NCBI GenBank assembly: GCA_010093605.1
Contig: MU004184.1
Span: 2,118,801-2,182,800 of the forward strand
Direction: 5' to 3'
Origin: Lophium mytilinum
Taxonomy: Eukaryota
Length of the DNA: 64,000 bases
A model generated the notes under the pieces. That model saw nothing but the letters and a program-made list of their open reading frames with translations. It was not told where the DNA came from and searched no databases. Numbering within the stretch: the stretch's first letter is position 1; every line of letters starts with the position of its first letter. Of the stretch, positions 50,275 through 63,088 are shown in pieces. The position numbers were made by a program, and so were the translations under genes.

Positions 50275-52099
50275 ATGAAGCCAGCACCGCTCCATAGTCT
50301 AATCAGCCCGTCGCCTGCGCTGCTGAGGTTCCTGAAGTCCCAAGTCGAATTTCATCCGTCCCCAAGTGCACTCTCGTGGTGTCGCCGCGCAGTCTCGACG
50401 CAGACCCACGGCCACGCTTCGACCAGCAGCTTGAAACCAAAGGCGACACCGCGGACCAGATCACCCACCCTTTCGGCTTCACAATGGCCGGCTCTTGAAC
50501 CGGCGTTGCGACCTCGATGTCAGGCGGCGATCCTACTACGGACTCCGATACTTGAGACTCAGCAGTACAACCCTTTCGTCTCGTCCCGCCGGCCGTTCAC
50601 AAGCGGCACTCGGAACCATGCGTGGAGTCTATGGGGGGGCAGGAAGGAGAAACCGGTTACGAACCACACACGGAGCGAACTCCCTCCGTTGTCTGGGTTC
50701 TTGGGTGACAATGGGGGCCTGGGGCGAGTGTTGCGGCCTACAAACGACCTGAAACTGCGGTGTACCGAGTTTGATGAGAGCGGGAATGTCACACTTGTTA
50801 ATGGAGAATTTAAGAAGAGCGAGCTCATTGCCAAGGTACGTTTCTTGCTACTATTTGCCCCCAAGCGTAGTCTAAGACGAGCGGAAGGCATCGCACTCTA
50901 TAGATTCATGAGGAGTTAAGCTGACTGAGGGGGGAGCAATAGTATGGCTTGTTGCCTCGCGATCTCCGCAAGATCGATGCCTCTGTGCTGCCGCATATCC
51001 TCGTTCGCCCCTCTGCGATCCTTCTGAACCTACTCCACCTCCGTGTTCTCATTAAAAACAACCGCGTATTGGTTTTCGATGCCTATGGTACCACGGACTC
51101 GTACTCGCAGTCACAATTCATGTATGATCTAGAAGGAAAATTACGCCAGAAGGAATCCGCGGCGAACGGGACGCTGGCATACGAGTTCCGTGCCCTAGAA
51201 GCCGTGCTCTTGAGCGTGACGCAAGGACTCGAGAGCGAATTCGAAGGCGTGAGCGAGCCTGTAGTACGGGTTCTGCGAGAGTTGGAAGAGGATATCGATC
51301 GGGACAAGCTGCGATATCTGCTTATCTACTCTAAAAAACTGGGCACTTTTGAGCAGAAAGCGCGGCTGGTGCGGGACTCGTTGACGGAGCTGTTGGAAGC
51401 GGATGACGATCTATCGTCTATGTACCTCACCGAGAAATCAGAGGGAAAGATACGGGATGAGGACGATCACACTGAAGTGGAGATGCTGTTAGAAAGTTAC
51501 CATAAAGTCGCCGACGAGATTGTTCAGGCGGCCGAGAATTTAGTGTCGAGCATCCGAAACACGGAGGAGATGTAAGTCTAGCCTTTGCAATTGCTTCCTT
51601 CATATGGTATCATGATATTGACTTGCCTATCAGCGTCAAAGCAATCCTCGACGCAAATCGCAACTCGCTCATGTTACTCGAGCTGCGATTCTCCATCTTC
51701 ACCCTAGGTCTCGGCGCCGGCACCTTCGTCGCCGCGCTTTACGGTATGAACTTGAAGAATTTCCTCGAAGAATCGGACCTAGGCTTCGGCGCTATCTCCG
51801 CTTGGTGTACCCTATTTGGCGTCATTGTCTGCGTATACGGCATCAAGCATCTACGAAAGGTGCAACGAGTAAGTATGTGGGGCGAGCACGGCGTCAAAGC
51901 AAAGCAGAAGCGCACTTGGCCAGACTGGGGCCTTGTGGGTGGCCCTGGAGGCGCGGATAGGGAAAGGCTAGGGATGGGCGTTGCCGCGGAGCGAGAGCGG
52001 TTTGCTGCCATCGCTGCCAGGGATAAAGCGTGGGCGGAGAAAGCAATAGCGAAGAGGAGGAAGGAAGATGGCTGTGGACCGTTGACTAAAATCGAGTAA
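50275..52099 (+). CDS. MRS2: Mitochondrial inner-membrane Mg2+ transporter, CorA/MRS2-LPE10 family, 3 exons
   Basis: Exons 50275-50835, 50943-51571, 51634-52099. Presequence-like N-terminus. Motifs LRCTEFD, YGLLPRDLRKID, YEFRALEAVL, EMLLESY, LDANRNSLM, ALYGMNL (GMN). Confidence 0.93.
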
Positions 52100-52789
52100 T
52101 CAGGCATGTGGTAGGAATTACCGTTTAATTTCTGAGGGTATTTATAGGAAAGAGTCTCTGCTCTTGTTTTGTCGTGCTATTTCTGGGTCTCTCTTCTCTC
52201 TATATAAGACTGGGAATTGGGGTGTGCTTTCATGCATAGCGAGGCGTTTTAGGGGCGACCGCCGCGGAGCATTGGTACTATATACGGCTTTGGGATGTAC
52301 TGTATGAGTTGTGTAGTGGTAGATATGTACGGGTCACATAAGATATATCCCGTGAGTGTTTCATATTGAGTTCTACTTGTATTTCATTGCCTCGGTGCAG
52401 AGCTCTCTGGTAATCTAGCAAGCGTACCCTTGACTCGGGTATTCATCTCTTATGATCTTCAGGTTTCTGAAAGGGTCGCAAGGCACTTCAGGCAACAACA
52501 AACCAATAAAGATATATCTCTGACGGATCTTTCCACTTCCGTCCGCTGTTGAGCATTTCGACCTTGTTGGGCTGGTTCACGGAAGGCGCGAATAGCATCT
52601 CGCCCAACCAATATTCACCTAAAATACTCGCGCCCATCGTAACATTCACCTCGCCAACCTCCTTAACAGCTTCACTCACTCTGTTGACTCTCGCTTGTCA
52701 CACCGATGCGGGACTGTCTCGAACGAATGTCTAAAGGCTGTCCTTCAGTCCTTCTCTCCCTCTGCCAGCTTCTCGTGCTGTCTTTCGCC

Positions 52790-54977
52790 ATGGATCTTCC
52801 GCACCCACACCCACCACCAACTCATTCTCCGCCGACCGCTACTTCTCACTCCAATACGAACAGATCTACGTGCAGCCTCGACTCCTCGCATAAGGCTTCT
52901 ACGGCTGGTATGAAGAGCGTTGGCAGCAGTGTCTCTATGGCACTGCCGAGAGGCCTCGTCACTTCACCAGGTGAGCAGCTCTCTTCCGTCTTGAGTGTAG
53001 TCACTAACGAACGACATCAGATGGATCAGCAAGGACTGCGTCACATGTTCCACAGTGCAAGAGAATCGTTCTCATTTCGGCCTCATGCTCCGCGACTTTC
53101 TTAGCTGTTAATGTCTTCTTCGCTTATCTCCTATTTGACTTCCGAGTGAACGTATCCACCGCCGAGTATCTGCCAGGCCGAGTCCACGCGGTCACCATAT
53201 TTCCAACAATTCTCCTCTTACCTGCAACGTTCTCAATTGTCACAGCTTTCGTCACTATTGGGCCGATCTTATACCTGTCCTCGTTTCTACACGCCCGCCG
53301 TCTACTTTCACAAGTTGATGCAGGTCGCGTCTCTCTTCTCACCCGCACCGAGGCCGGACTCTTCGTAGAGCCCCTGGCTGGCGGATTCCTTCCTTGGCTG
53401 CGGGCATTGAAAGACTGCTTCTCTCGACGTCGTCGCACCAACAATCTCATCAAATGTGCCACTACGATTTCTACAGTGTTGTTCCTCAACTGGTAAGCAT
53501 TGGCCTCCACGCTGGACATGAAAAGAGTGGCACACCCTTCAAGCACTCTATCTCGTGTACACCTGTTCACCACTGCTTGAAGTGCCCTAGCGAGTTTTCA
53601 CATGGCCCAAAGTGCAGAGCTTCTCTCTCGTTTTGGTTTCTGAAAATGCATTGGGGCAACCCAAACAGTGGCATACACACGCGTACACATCCATCGCGGG
53701 TTGGTTGAAATAAGAGTGCCACCCTTTTCATTCCCCGCGTAGCATTCTATGCCTAAACTTTGCGTAATGAGTTCTAATCGACATGCAGCCTAATCCTCAT
53801 TGCCATGAACATCGCCATCCACATTTCCAGCAAGATTGTAGACGTTGATGCTCCTACCACCACAAGCCATCAGGCGAACATGTGGGGCCGCGCTCTCATT
53901 ACAGAATGCGCGGAAAACTCCTCTTCCCAGAACGGTTCATTGTTCCAGACAAACCTCGGATCCCAAGATTGCCCGGTTCATCTTGGAGTCTTCAGCGGCG
54001 AGAAAGAAGCCGAACAAACGGCGAAGAAACTGTCTGCTACGAATCGCGTCGTCACCTTGGATGGCGTCGCACTTATTGTAGATGCACGCGCTACTGACAA
54101 CGCGTCATTCATAGCTTCGACGCTTGGCTCGACGACTAGCTGCGCGCCCGTCGGGCAGAACTGCCAATTGGATGGTGACGAACTCACTTTCCTATGCCCT
54201 ACGTTTGGGTTCTCTGGAACCTTCACGAAGCCATTCGTGCTAGCTCCGACAAACGACTCGTCCGTGTCTGAAAGAGCCGTTGCCTTTCTGGTTGCAGCAA
54301 ACCTCACGGGATCCGATGGCGCTTTCCAGGACCTCATCATGGATTATGGCGCCATTGTATCTCGCCGAACGGGCTCACTCCTCACTGTTTTCGAATGCGC
54401 TTCACAGTTCAGCCGATGGCAGTACGCTCGCACTCCTGGTTTAACTCGAGCCCTAAAGTCTAAAGATTTAGATCTGTCCCTCGTGGAACTCCTCCTCAGC
54501 CCAATGGTGCCAGGCATGATCCAGGGTTACAGCGGCTTTGGTCTTGACTTCCTCACAGATGGAATGGCGAAGGTATCAAAAGGCACGAATTCTCTCGCGC
54601 AACTAGCAGACTCATTCGCGGACGTCTTCAACCAGGTAGCAATGGCCCCGGTTGCGTCCATGGCTCGAGAAATTCCAGTCGACTCGGACCTTGCCTCCTA
54701 TCGACTCACAATTGTGTCGCTGCCCCTAGCTATGGTCGTAATTGGACTGAACACATTTATGGCGATCCTCGCGTTGGTTCTTGGAGTTCTTGCGTACAGA
54801 GCTTGCAGCAAGGCTGGTGTTCTCTACTACCAGTGGGAGTTCTCAATGGTGGAGATGACGCGACAGTTCTTCAACCCGATTGTTGGTACTGCTAGCCCGA
54901 TAGCAGCCCAGGGACATCAGGAACCGAACTACGCCGCCGAAGCAAGCGGTCCTGCTGACTACGTCTCTTTGGCGTAA
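52790..54977 (+). CDS. Hypothetical multi-pass membrane protein, 3 exons
   Basis: Exons 52790-52970, 53021-53492, 53789-54977 join in frame through GT-AG introns with CTAAC/CTAAT branch sites. Several hydrophobic segments. No family recognised. Confidence 0.65.
53520..53720. mobile_element. MITE-like palindromic element in the 296-nt intron 53493-53788
   Basis: Left arm GTGTACACCTGTTCACCACTGCTTGAAGTGCCCTAG, right arm TTGGGGCAACCCAAACAGTGGCATACACACGCGTACAC. Confidence 0.75.
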
Positions 54978-55087
54978 GAAACCCCCAACGAAATATACCG
55001 CAGTCTTCGCATGTTCGAAGCCGTCGAAAAGATGGGCTACATATATCATCTAGCAAAGCTCATCACATGGCTCGTTAGAGGAATCCG

Positions 55088-55213
55088 CACACTCATTTAC
55101 CACTGTTTGAGGGGCCTCGTAGTAGTGTCGGCGTTCCGAATGAGAGAGATTTACGGCATTTTGGACTACCACAGACTTGCGAGGCCACTCTAGACAGTGC
55201 CAACATAGTGTGT
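55088..55213. mobile_element. Imperfect inverted repeat related to the MITE-like family
   Basis: CACACTCATTTACCACTGTTTGAGGGGCCTCG ... CGAGGCCACTCTAGACAGTGCCAACATAGTGTG. Confidence 0.5.
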
Positions 55214-55519
55214 CGGCCAAGCAGATAACAAATTGGACATGCAATGGGGGAGTGGCGGTACTAGGTTGATGGTGAACAGGTTAGGATGAGTGAATGTATG
55301 TCGACTACCTAGTAACTTATCCTGAGAGCATTTGATGAATGAAATTCTTTTTCGCAAATCAAACATCATACACTGAAAAGTGGTAGTAGAAACATGTGGA
55401 GTACAACGTAGCCCTACCCTCTTGCCCCCCACCATATTTTTTATCGATAACAACTTTTGTGAACATCAATTTCCACTTCATCTCCTCCATCCTAATCTTT
55501 AACCACATCATCCCTCACC

Positions 55520-56814
55520 ATGGAAACCCCTAGTGAAGTCCCAAAACGCTTACGACAGCAGCTGTCGAAAGGAATGGAGCACATGCGCACTGCTGTGACC
55601 ATTGACCCTGTCTTCGTGCCCAAAACCCCACCAATCGAAACCGACGCGTATGGCGTCCCAGCCGCCTTCGAACCAGTCCGCAACCCCACATCTCGATCGC
55701 ACAACCCCGACAACAACCAGAAGAGGACAGACCCCTTCGCATTCGGCTCGCGGTTACTAGAAGAAGGAGACGACATATTCGAGTTCAACGCGTGGGACCA
55801 CGTCGAGACGGACGATGCGTATAAGGAGTTCTCCGAGCTGCAGTATGCGAAGCAGAGGGAGGCGCCGGTGTCCGACTTTGACAAATGTACCATCTCCTAG
55901 TCCCCTAGCTCTCAAAGCTCGCAACACTATCTATATGTCTAACTAACATGCGTGCCGCAGCGCGCTTCAACGGCAATCCCGCGAAATGGTGGAACCTCTT
56001 CTACGCCAACAACAAGACCAACTTCTTCAAAAACCGAAAATGGCTCGCCCAGGAGTTCCCGATTATCAACGAGCTTACCATGACTTCTGCTCCTCCTACC
56101 CTCCTCCTCGAAGTCGGCGCCGGAGCGGGCAATACTGCGTTTCCTATATTAGGCTTGAATCAGAACCCGCATCTCAAGATCCATGCTTGCGACTTCTCGG
56201 CGAAGGCGGTGGACCTGATACGCGGGCATGAGAACTACGATACTAAGACCATACAGGCAGATGTGTGGGATGTGGCCAGTGAAGCCCTGCCGCCAGGATT
56301 GGAAGCGGGGACAGTGGATGTCGTGCTCATGATCTTTATTTTCTCAGCGCTGGCTCCGTCGCAGTGGGACCAGGCTATCAAGAACATATATCGGCTGCTG
56401 AAGCCTGGAGGGCAGGTCTTGTTCCGGGACTACGGCCGCGGTGATCTTGCGCAGGTTAGGTTCAAGAAGGGACGGTATATGGAAGAGAACTTCTACGTTA
56501 GAGGAGATGGGACGAGGGTCTACTTCTTCGAGAAGGAGGAGCTGGAGAAGATTTGGGGTAGGAAGAATGCCGAACCGGACTTGTCGAGCCTTCAGATCAA
56601 GGATGAAGAGAAGTCTTCCGTTCAACTTCCCGAGAAAGAGAACCAGACTCCGGCCTTCGAGGTTGTTCACATCGGCGTCGACCGCCGGATGCTGGTGAAC
56701 AGACAGCGCAAGTTGAAGATGTATAGGTGTTGGATGCAGGCGGTTTTCCGGAAGCCTGGACAGCAATCACAAGCTACGAACAGTGACGTGGCCAAGGTAA
56801 ATCCAGATCATTAA
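55520..56814 (+). CDS. TRM140: tRNA m3C32 methyltransferase (Trm140/METTL2-like), 2 exons
   Basis: Exons 55520-55886 and 55961-56814. Motifs FGSRLL..IFEFNAWDHV, WNLFY..NKTNFFKNRKWL.QEFP, LEVGAGAGNT, CDFS, FRDYGRGDLAQVRF, YVRGDGTRVYFF, DRRMLVNRQRKLKMYRCWMQ. Confidence 0.93.
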
Positions 56815-57420
56815 TGATCTAGAGTCTACTACGTTCGACCCCGGGAGCATTACAGCCGCCCTTTCAGCCATGTTCCTCAAAGACGTCCGAAACCCTCAAC
56901 ATATACCCATACTAATATATCCCCTCTGGCCGCTCATAAAAAAGTTAGCGGGTTTTCAATTCAATGCTTTCTAGACTCCTTTGCGTACTCAGGAAAGGAC
57001 ATCTCCTCAATCATCTCACTCTCCTATTTCGAAACATTATATACTGAGCTTCCAGCCTTGGAAACTCCTCAGCAAAAATGGACCTACATGAAGCCCTTGC
57101 GAATTACACAAAAACCAGCATACATTCTACAATGGTAACGCGGGGATGGCAATAGATTGCTGGAAGAACTTATCATCGCGAAAATCTGTGATTAATTTTG
57201 TTTCCGGGGGGCGGGGCGGGGGGTCCCCCAGGACGACGGTTTTGAGCTGCGGCCGGGATAACGGCCCCAGGAGATCCCAGAGAGGTTGGGCTGGGAGGCA
57301 TTGAGATGGGGTGGTCCGAGTGATGAATTTAAGAAATTTCATCTCTCTATGCGATCCCGCGATTCAATGTCTGTGGCATGATGTGAGACCGAAGTTCAGC
57401 ACAGCGGCTGGCTGGTACCA

Positions 57421-58344
57421 TCAAACAATATGTACGGCACGACGCCTCGGGCGGCTCCGGCGAAGACTTCTCATCGTTGAAAGCACCACCCTGTTTCCAT
57501 TCCTGTCTTTCCGAAAGCCAAGCCAGGCGACAAGGAGTGTGAGCAAGCCGAACACTACCCCAAGGACGGTGCCGACAATAGTCGCAATGTTTGCCGCATT
57601 CCCTAGGGAATTGCTGTTGATAGCGGCTGCTGATGTGCTGGACGGACTGGAAGATCGCGTAGGGTTGGGCTGTTGCTGGACCGTGGATTTCGATGGCTCG
57701 GAGCTTGAGGTCGATGGCTCGAAGGTGGATGTCGTTGGTTTAAAGGCGGATACTGTTGTTTCAGAAGTGGATGGTGATGTCGTTGAAGAGGTGGAAAGCT
57801 ATAGAGTCGTGGTGTTAGCCAACGTTGACGTAAACGAGGCTGGTAAACGGTAGATATTACCGGAAATGTCGAAGAAGTAGAAGCTATTGAGCTTGATGAT
57901 TGCGCAGCTATGGAAGGTGTGGCGGCATCGACTACTATGAACACAGCACCGCTCTCGAAGGTGTTGCCATCACTAGGTCCCGATCCGCCGCCCAGCCATA
58001 GAGTGAAATGGAAGCCATTCGTTATTGGCAGTCCGCCAATAGTTTGCGCGGTCCAGACATAACTTCCCGGATCTACTTGGTTTTCTGCCCACTTAGCTAT
58101 ACTCGCAGCATTTCTTGAAGTGGCACATACCGAATAACACTTGACCCTCCCACTCATCACTACCGACGGCTTGCCGGGCTGCGAGCCCAATGGGTACGGA
58201 GCCCCAGTCTGTGGTCCAGCTGATCTCGACGTGGCTGTTTGGCGCGACGTTGAATCCTTCGAGAGGCGGAGACGTGAAGTTATTGTCCGCTCGTACCAGC
58301 AGCGTGAGGAAGGACAGAAAGGCGACAGCTAAGAAAGCATACAT
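57421..58344 (-). CDS. Secreted-type single-pass membrane protein (signal peptide, small beta domain, Ser/Thr-rich stalk, TM; Mid2-like architecture), 3 exons
   Basis: Exons 58344-58131, 58084-57861, 57798-57421 join in frame. Signal MYAFLAVAFLSFLTLLVRA. TM IATIVGTVLGVVFGLLTLLVAWLGF followed by a basic tail. Confidence 0.75.
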
Positions 58345-59159
58345 CGTGAATGAGGAAGGCTACAGCAATCTGAGCAAAGCGAGTGGATAGAGGAGGCTGG
58401 TGTGACAGTGGGCATGTGGCTTTGACCTGGGCTCAGCTCTTTCCGCAGTGCACGGCATGGGAGGCAGCGGTAATGCTGTGATTGGCATTGGCTGCGCCGA
58501 ATAGCACTCCATGTATAAGGCTGAAGTACAGCCTTGCTACCTGATCGTAACAATTGGCGGGTTGTGAACTCGATTGGACAATACACTCAGCCAGAGATTG
58601 GAAATAGAACGCGTTGCAGACGCAACCTCGTAACAGAAAAGGAAAAGGACTGACTTCTCGCAAAGAGCTTGATATGGAGTTGTTTTGTTAGAGAAGCGGA
58701 AGTTGAATAGACGTGTGGCGAAAATAGTGAACCTGCTAGGGCTGGAACTGTCGACAAGGCTACGAAAACGAAAGTCCAAGTCCGGGCGAAGAAATTGTTC
58801 GTGGAAGCATTAGAAACGGGGCTGAAGAATACACGTTGGCGAAAGGTAGCGAGATTCGCGGTTTCTCCGGGTAGGTGGGGAGCGGGTACTATAGTTCTAG
58901 TCCCTGGATTTTAGGCTTTCTTCTCTCCGTTTACCTGATTTTTGAAAAGCGGCTCTAAACACAGAAACAAGACCAAAGGTAGAAGCATGCGATCCCCATG
59001 ATAATCTCAATCTCGAACTCTTTCTGATCAGCTTGCAGCATTTCGTGTCATAAGGACGTTATTTATATACGTCCGCTGTTATATACTCATGTCATCCAGT
59101 TTTCATATCCACAACAGCACCGCTATCATCTCGTTCTTCACTCGTCATCAGTCATTCAT

Positions 59160-61388
59160 CTACACCGCAAACCCCCCCGAGTTCTTCTGTCTCGGCTCCC
59201 CAGCCGCCTCAAACGTCCCATTCGATAGCACTCTCAACGCTTGCGCCGTACTCTGCCCTGGCCCAATCCACGACACATTATGGCCCCTCTCCTTCATAAA
59301 CTCCACCGTGCTATTATCATACGCATACTCAAACGAAACAGTATACGGCACTAGCTGATCATGCAACCTCGGCTCCGCCAGCGCCTCTGGCGTCGTCATG
59401 CCAGAGTCCAGGACATGCCAGAGATTCTGGATCGTCGCGGTGATGATACGCGAGCCGCCGGCCGCGCCTAGAGCAAGGTACAGCTTCCCGTTGGATAGAT
59501 GCTCGACTATGGTAGGTGTGATGGAGGAGAGGGGTCGCTTGCCCGGTTTCACGAAGTTGATCGGCGAGGGCACAAAGCCGAAGGCATTGCTGACGCCGGG
59601 GATGGAGAAGTCATTCATCTCGTTGTTCATGATGACGCCGGTCTCTGGGACCATGACATGGCTGCCAAATAGAAGGTTCACGGTGGTAGTCAGCGAGCAA
59701 GCCATCCCGGTGTGGTCGGCTGTTACGACGTGAGAGGTTCCGGGGGTTTCGAGGCTTTCGAGACCGTCGGGGTCATACCAGGATACGTTGTGGGTGGTTG
59801 AGTCTGAAATCTTAGCTCGGATGTTGGCGGCGGTTTGGTCGCTGAGCATATCGTCTTCGTAGGCTTGGAGGCCTTCGGTAAAGGAAGGATCGCCGAGGAG
59901 GGCGCGCTGTGGGGATCAGGCAATGAATGGTCAGCTTACTACTTCTTGAACTGAGACCCGGCTCAGATGATTAACGAGAAGAGACTTCAGCGTACCTCAC
60001 CATACCCCCACCGAATCGCCTCATCTAGCCGATGCGTACTCAGATTCACATTCTCCGGCGTGCCAAAATCTTTGAATCCCTCTACTATCTTCATCACGCT
60101 GAGCGCGACGCCACCAGAGCTCGGTGCGCTCGTGCTCGTCAGCTTATATCCTCGGTACTTGATCTGCGCCGGTTTCCGGATCGCAACAGTGTAGTTCTTC
60201 AAATCTTCCAGTGTCATCGTCCCATTCGCCTTCGTTAGCGTTGCTATCGTCTCTTTGGCCATTTTGCCCGTATAGAAAACGTCTGGTCCATGTTTTGCAA
60301 TCTTCTCCAACGTGTCTGCGTATCTCTTGCGCGTAATTGTCTCGTTGAGGGCGAGCAGTGTACCATTGGGAGCAAAGTCTATAGCCCAGGTCGGGTCATT
60401 GACGAGAAAGTTGTCGATCCCAGCAATGGCGGAGTTCATGTAGCGGACGAGATCTTCGGTGACAGGGAAGCCGTATCGCGCTACTTTGACGGCAGGCTCC
60501 ATGACCTCGTGCCAGGGTAGCTTGCCGTAATTTGTATGGAGGTGATGGAGGCCGCGAAGTTCGCCGGGGACGCCGCTAGATGGGGGTCAGAAGGAGCGAA
60601 TTGGACGGTATGAAGTATGACAAGGGAAGCAAGAAGAAAAATGATCATAGGTTTTTTGAAACGAGAACGAAGGAGATTGCGAAAATGATCTGGAGAAACA
60701 AACAGACAAGCAGTGTGAGAACAGCCCTCTGATCTGTCTGTCTTCGTCAATACCTAGGGGGGCTCGAGACGGTGTATGAGGCATGACGAGAAAGTATCGA
60801 TTCTGAATGAAGCATCCGAGATGGCTTCGAAGGATAACGGCTAGGGGTGTCGACCGGCTAGGTCAAATGAGGAGTAACATTAAAAGACGAACAAGGCCAT
60901 ATCCACAGACTTCAACTAACAAGCCGAATCTCACAATAGCGAGACACTGTGGAGAGACATATGTTTTCGGGGAAAAGGAGACACGAGAATAAAAGGAAAC
61001 ATATCACTCAATCTTACCTGGCCAAACCGCCATAGATACTCGCATTCACGTTATTCTCATACATATCCTCAAACGCCGCCGCTGGCGCGGTCTCTCGAAA
61101 GTCAATGAACTCATAACTTCCGTTACTTCCCCGCACCAGCATGAATCCTCCGCCTCCAATGCCCGAGTGGTACATTCCAATGACGCCAATGCAAAAGGTC
61201 GTCCCCACGAGGGCGTCAGCCGCGTTGCCGCCACATTTTAGCAGCTCCGTGCCGATGTTACTGCAGATGCTACTTTCGGAGGCTACTGCACCGAGGTGGC
61301 CGGGTTGGTGATGCGGAGGGTGGAAGGGAGAGCCCAAAGCGGGTTGTAGGCTGAGGAGGGATGCAAGGTAGCGGCTTAGAGGGGCCAT
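59160..61388 (-). CDS. ECM38: Gamma-glutamyltranspeptidase, 3 exons
   Basis: Exons 61388-61018, 60575-59996, 59906-59160. Motifs GGNAADA, SGIGGGGF, DFRETAPAAA, GVPGELRGL, catalytic GTSHVV, NNEMNDFS, PGKRPLSS, GAAGGSRI. Confidence 0.95.
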
Positions 61389-62085
61389 GATTGTATTTGG
61401 GGCTAGAAGCTCCCCTAAAGACGGGTAATTGCTCTTTTGGAAAGGAAGAAAGTAGAGGATCAATCAGGCATGCAGAACGCTTTATGTCGTAGACTGGTAG
61501 GCAAGGCAAATTTGAAAGCAGCCGGTAGACCAAGTGACCAATAACCGACGAATGAGGTTCAAGAGTGAATGACAACAACAAAGTCCGGATGGGAGGGTCC
61601 AAGGGTAAATAAGAAGAACCGTGGAACCCGTCAGTCGTCCAGGCACGGCTCAACGTCTGCGCCAGTCATTTTGTAATGACGGCGATCCTTGGGCTCGGGG
61701 TCCACAAGTCAACCTTGGAACTCGTTGTCCCCGCCGCTCCCCACTCTAGAGCTAATCGAGCATCGCTTATCTTAGGAATCTTGGCAGAATGCTGCTAGTT
61801 GCCTATTTTAGTAATCAAAGTGGCTGTCTTTTAGAGGGATTAAATCCTGCAGATTACGGATTACTTAAGTACGGACCCGTAAACAAACGTCATTAACATA
61901 TAGCGCTGCGGACCGCATTCATTGTAATTGAAACGAATCCCCTTGTGATACAGATGTAAGTGGATCTACACACCACGCTTGCCTTGTCAATTCGATTCAT
62001 AACAAGCCCTCACCTTGAAACGATGCATCGAGTCTATCAGTACTCGAGGTTTTGATATGACGATGCTATACATAGTTCGACCGTG

Positions 62086-63088
62086 CTATACAATCTTCTC
62101 TGCCTCTTCTAACAAGGTTTCCACCTTGAAATTGCCATCTCCACTGCTGAACTGCTCCAGAAGCTTCTTCCGTTCCGTACTTTCCTTAGCCTGCATACCG
62201 TAGAACTTCTGCAAACACATGAGAAGCCATTTGGCCTCATCTACCGTGACACCACGGCCCGGTAGCACGCTTCCTTGCCCCAAGATCAGACCTTTTGGCT
62301 CAACAAGCTCCTGATGGAATGACACTGTTGTATGCGGGGTGCTATATTCGCCGCGCAGCTTGTACTCCGCCAAATGCGTGAATAGCACAGTTGTAGTATG
62401 TGGCGCCGGTTGCGCCCACTGAAGGAAGTGTATCTCGGCACCCTGTCCCTCCCGAGGTAGTGGAAGGATAAACTGTGGATGTTTATTTGCTGTTTGCGCA
62501 ATGATGCGCCATGTGTGCTGTGGTAGGTTAAAGCTTAGAGAGTTGGGTTTCGAGGCATGCCGTAGGCGCCAGATGGTTTCTATCTCTTTTGGCGGGAGCT
62601 CGAGTGTTTTTGGGACATCGATGAAGGAGGAGAGGGTTTTGAGGCCGGGAGGTGTGGAAGACTGTGTTTTGGGTACTGGAGAAGATGGAAGAGGGGGCGG
62701 AGAAGGGAATGGCGAGCCTGTGCTTGTCGAAGAGGCGTCGGTGTCAAGAGGAGCAGTGGCGCCAGGGACTGCGGCTTGCTTTCGTAGGTCTTCGATTTTG
62801 TCCTTGTATGCTTGTTTGAGCTCAGAGATATCGCTCAGACCTTCCCTGTTGACCAATCGTCAGACTTTGTATGTATAACTTGGGTGCTCCAGTTGCCCAC
62901 GCCATTGAAGCTTACTCTTTCGCTTTGCGGTCAAGCTTCTCACGGTACTTCGCTATGACACGTTCCTGTGTGCCATGGGTAGCTAGAAAGCGCACATCGT
63001 GGACTTGCGCCCATCGCCGCTGGCAGATACGGGGGTTTATAAGAGGTCGGAAAAGATGTCGGATAGCAGGTTGTCGGATGCTCGCCAT
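62086..63088 (-). CDS. ATP11: Mitochondrial F1-ATPase assembly chaperone Atp11, 2 exons
   Basis: Exons 63088-62916 and 62845-62086. Presequence, then KYREKLDRKAKEEG, LKTLSSFIDV, EIETIWRLRH, HPQFILPLPREGQGAEIHFLQW, FTHLAEYKLRGE, LQKFYG. Confidence 0.95.

Noticed and set aside
55880..55965. ORF break in the TRM140/ABP140 homologue as a yeast-like +1 programmed frameshift
   Set aside because: There is no CTT-AGG-C slippery site at the break. A GT..CTAAC..CAG intron (55887-55960) restores the frame.
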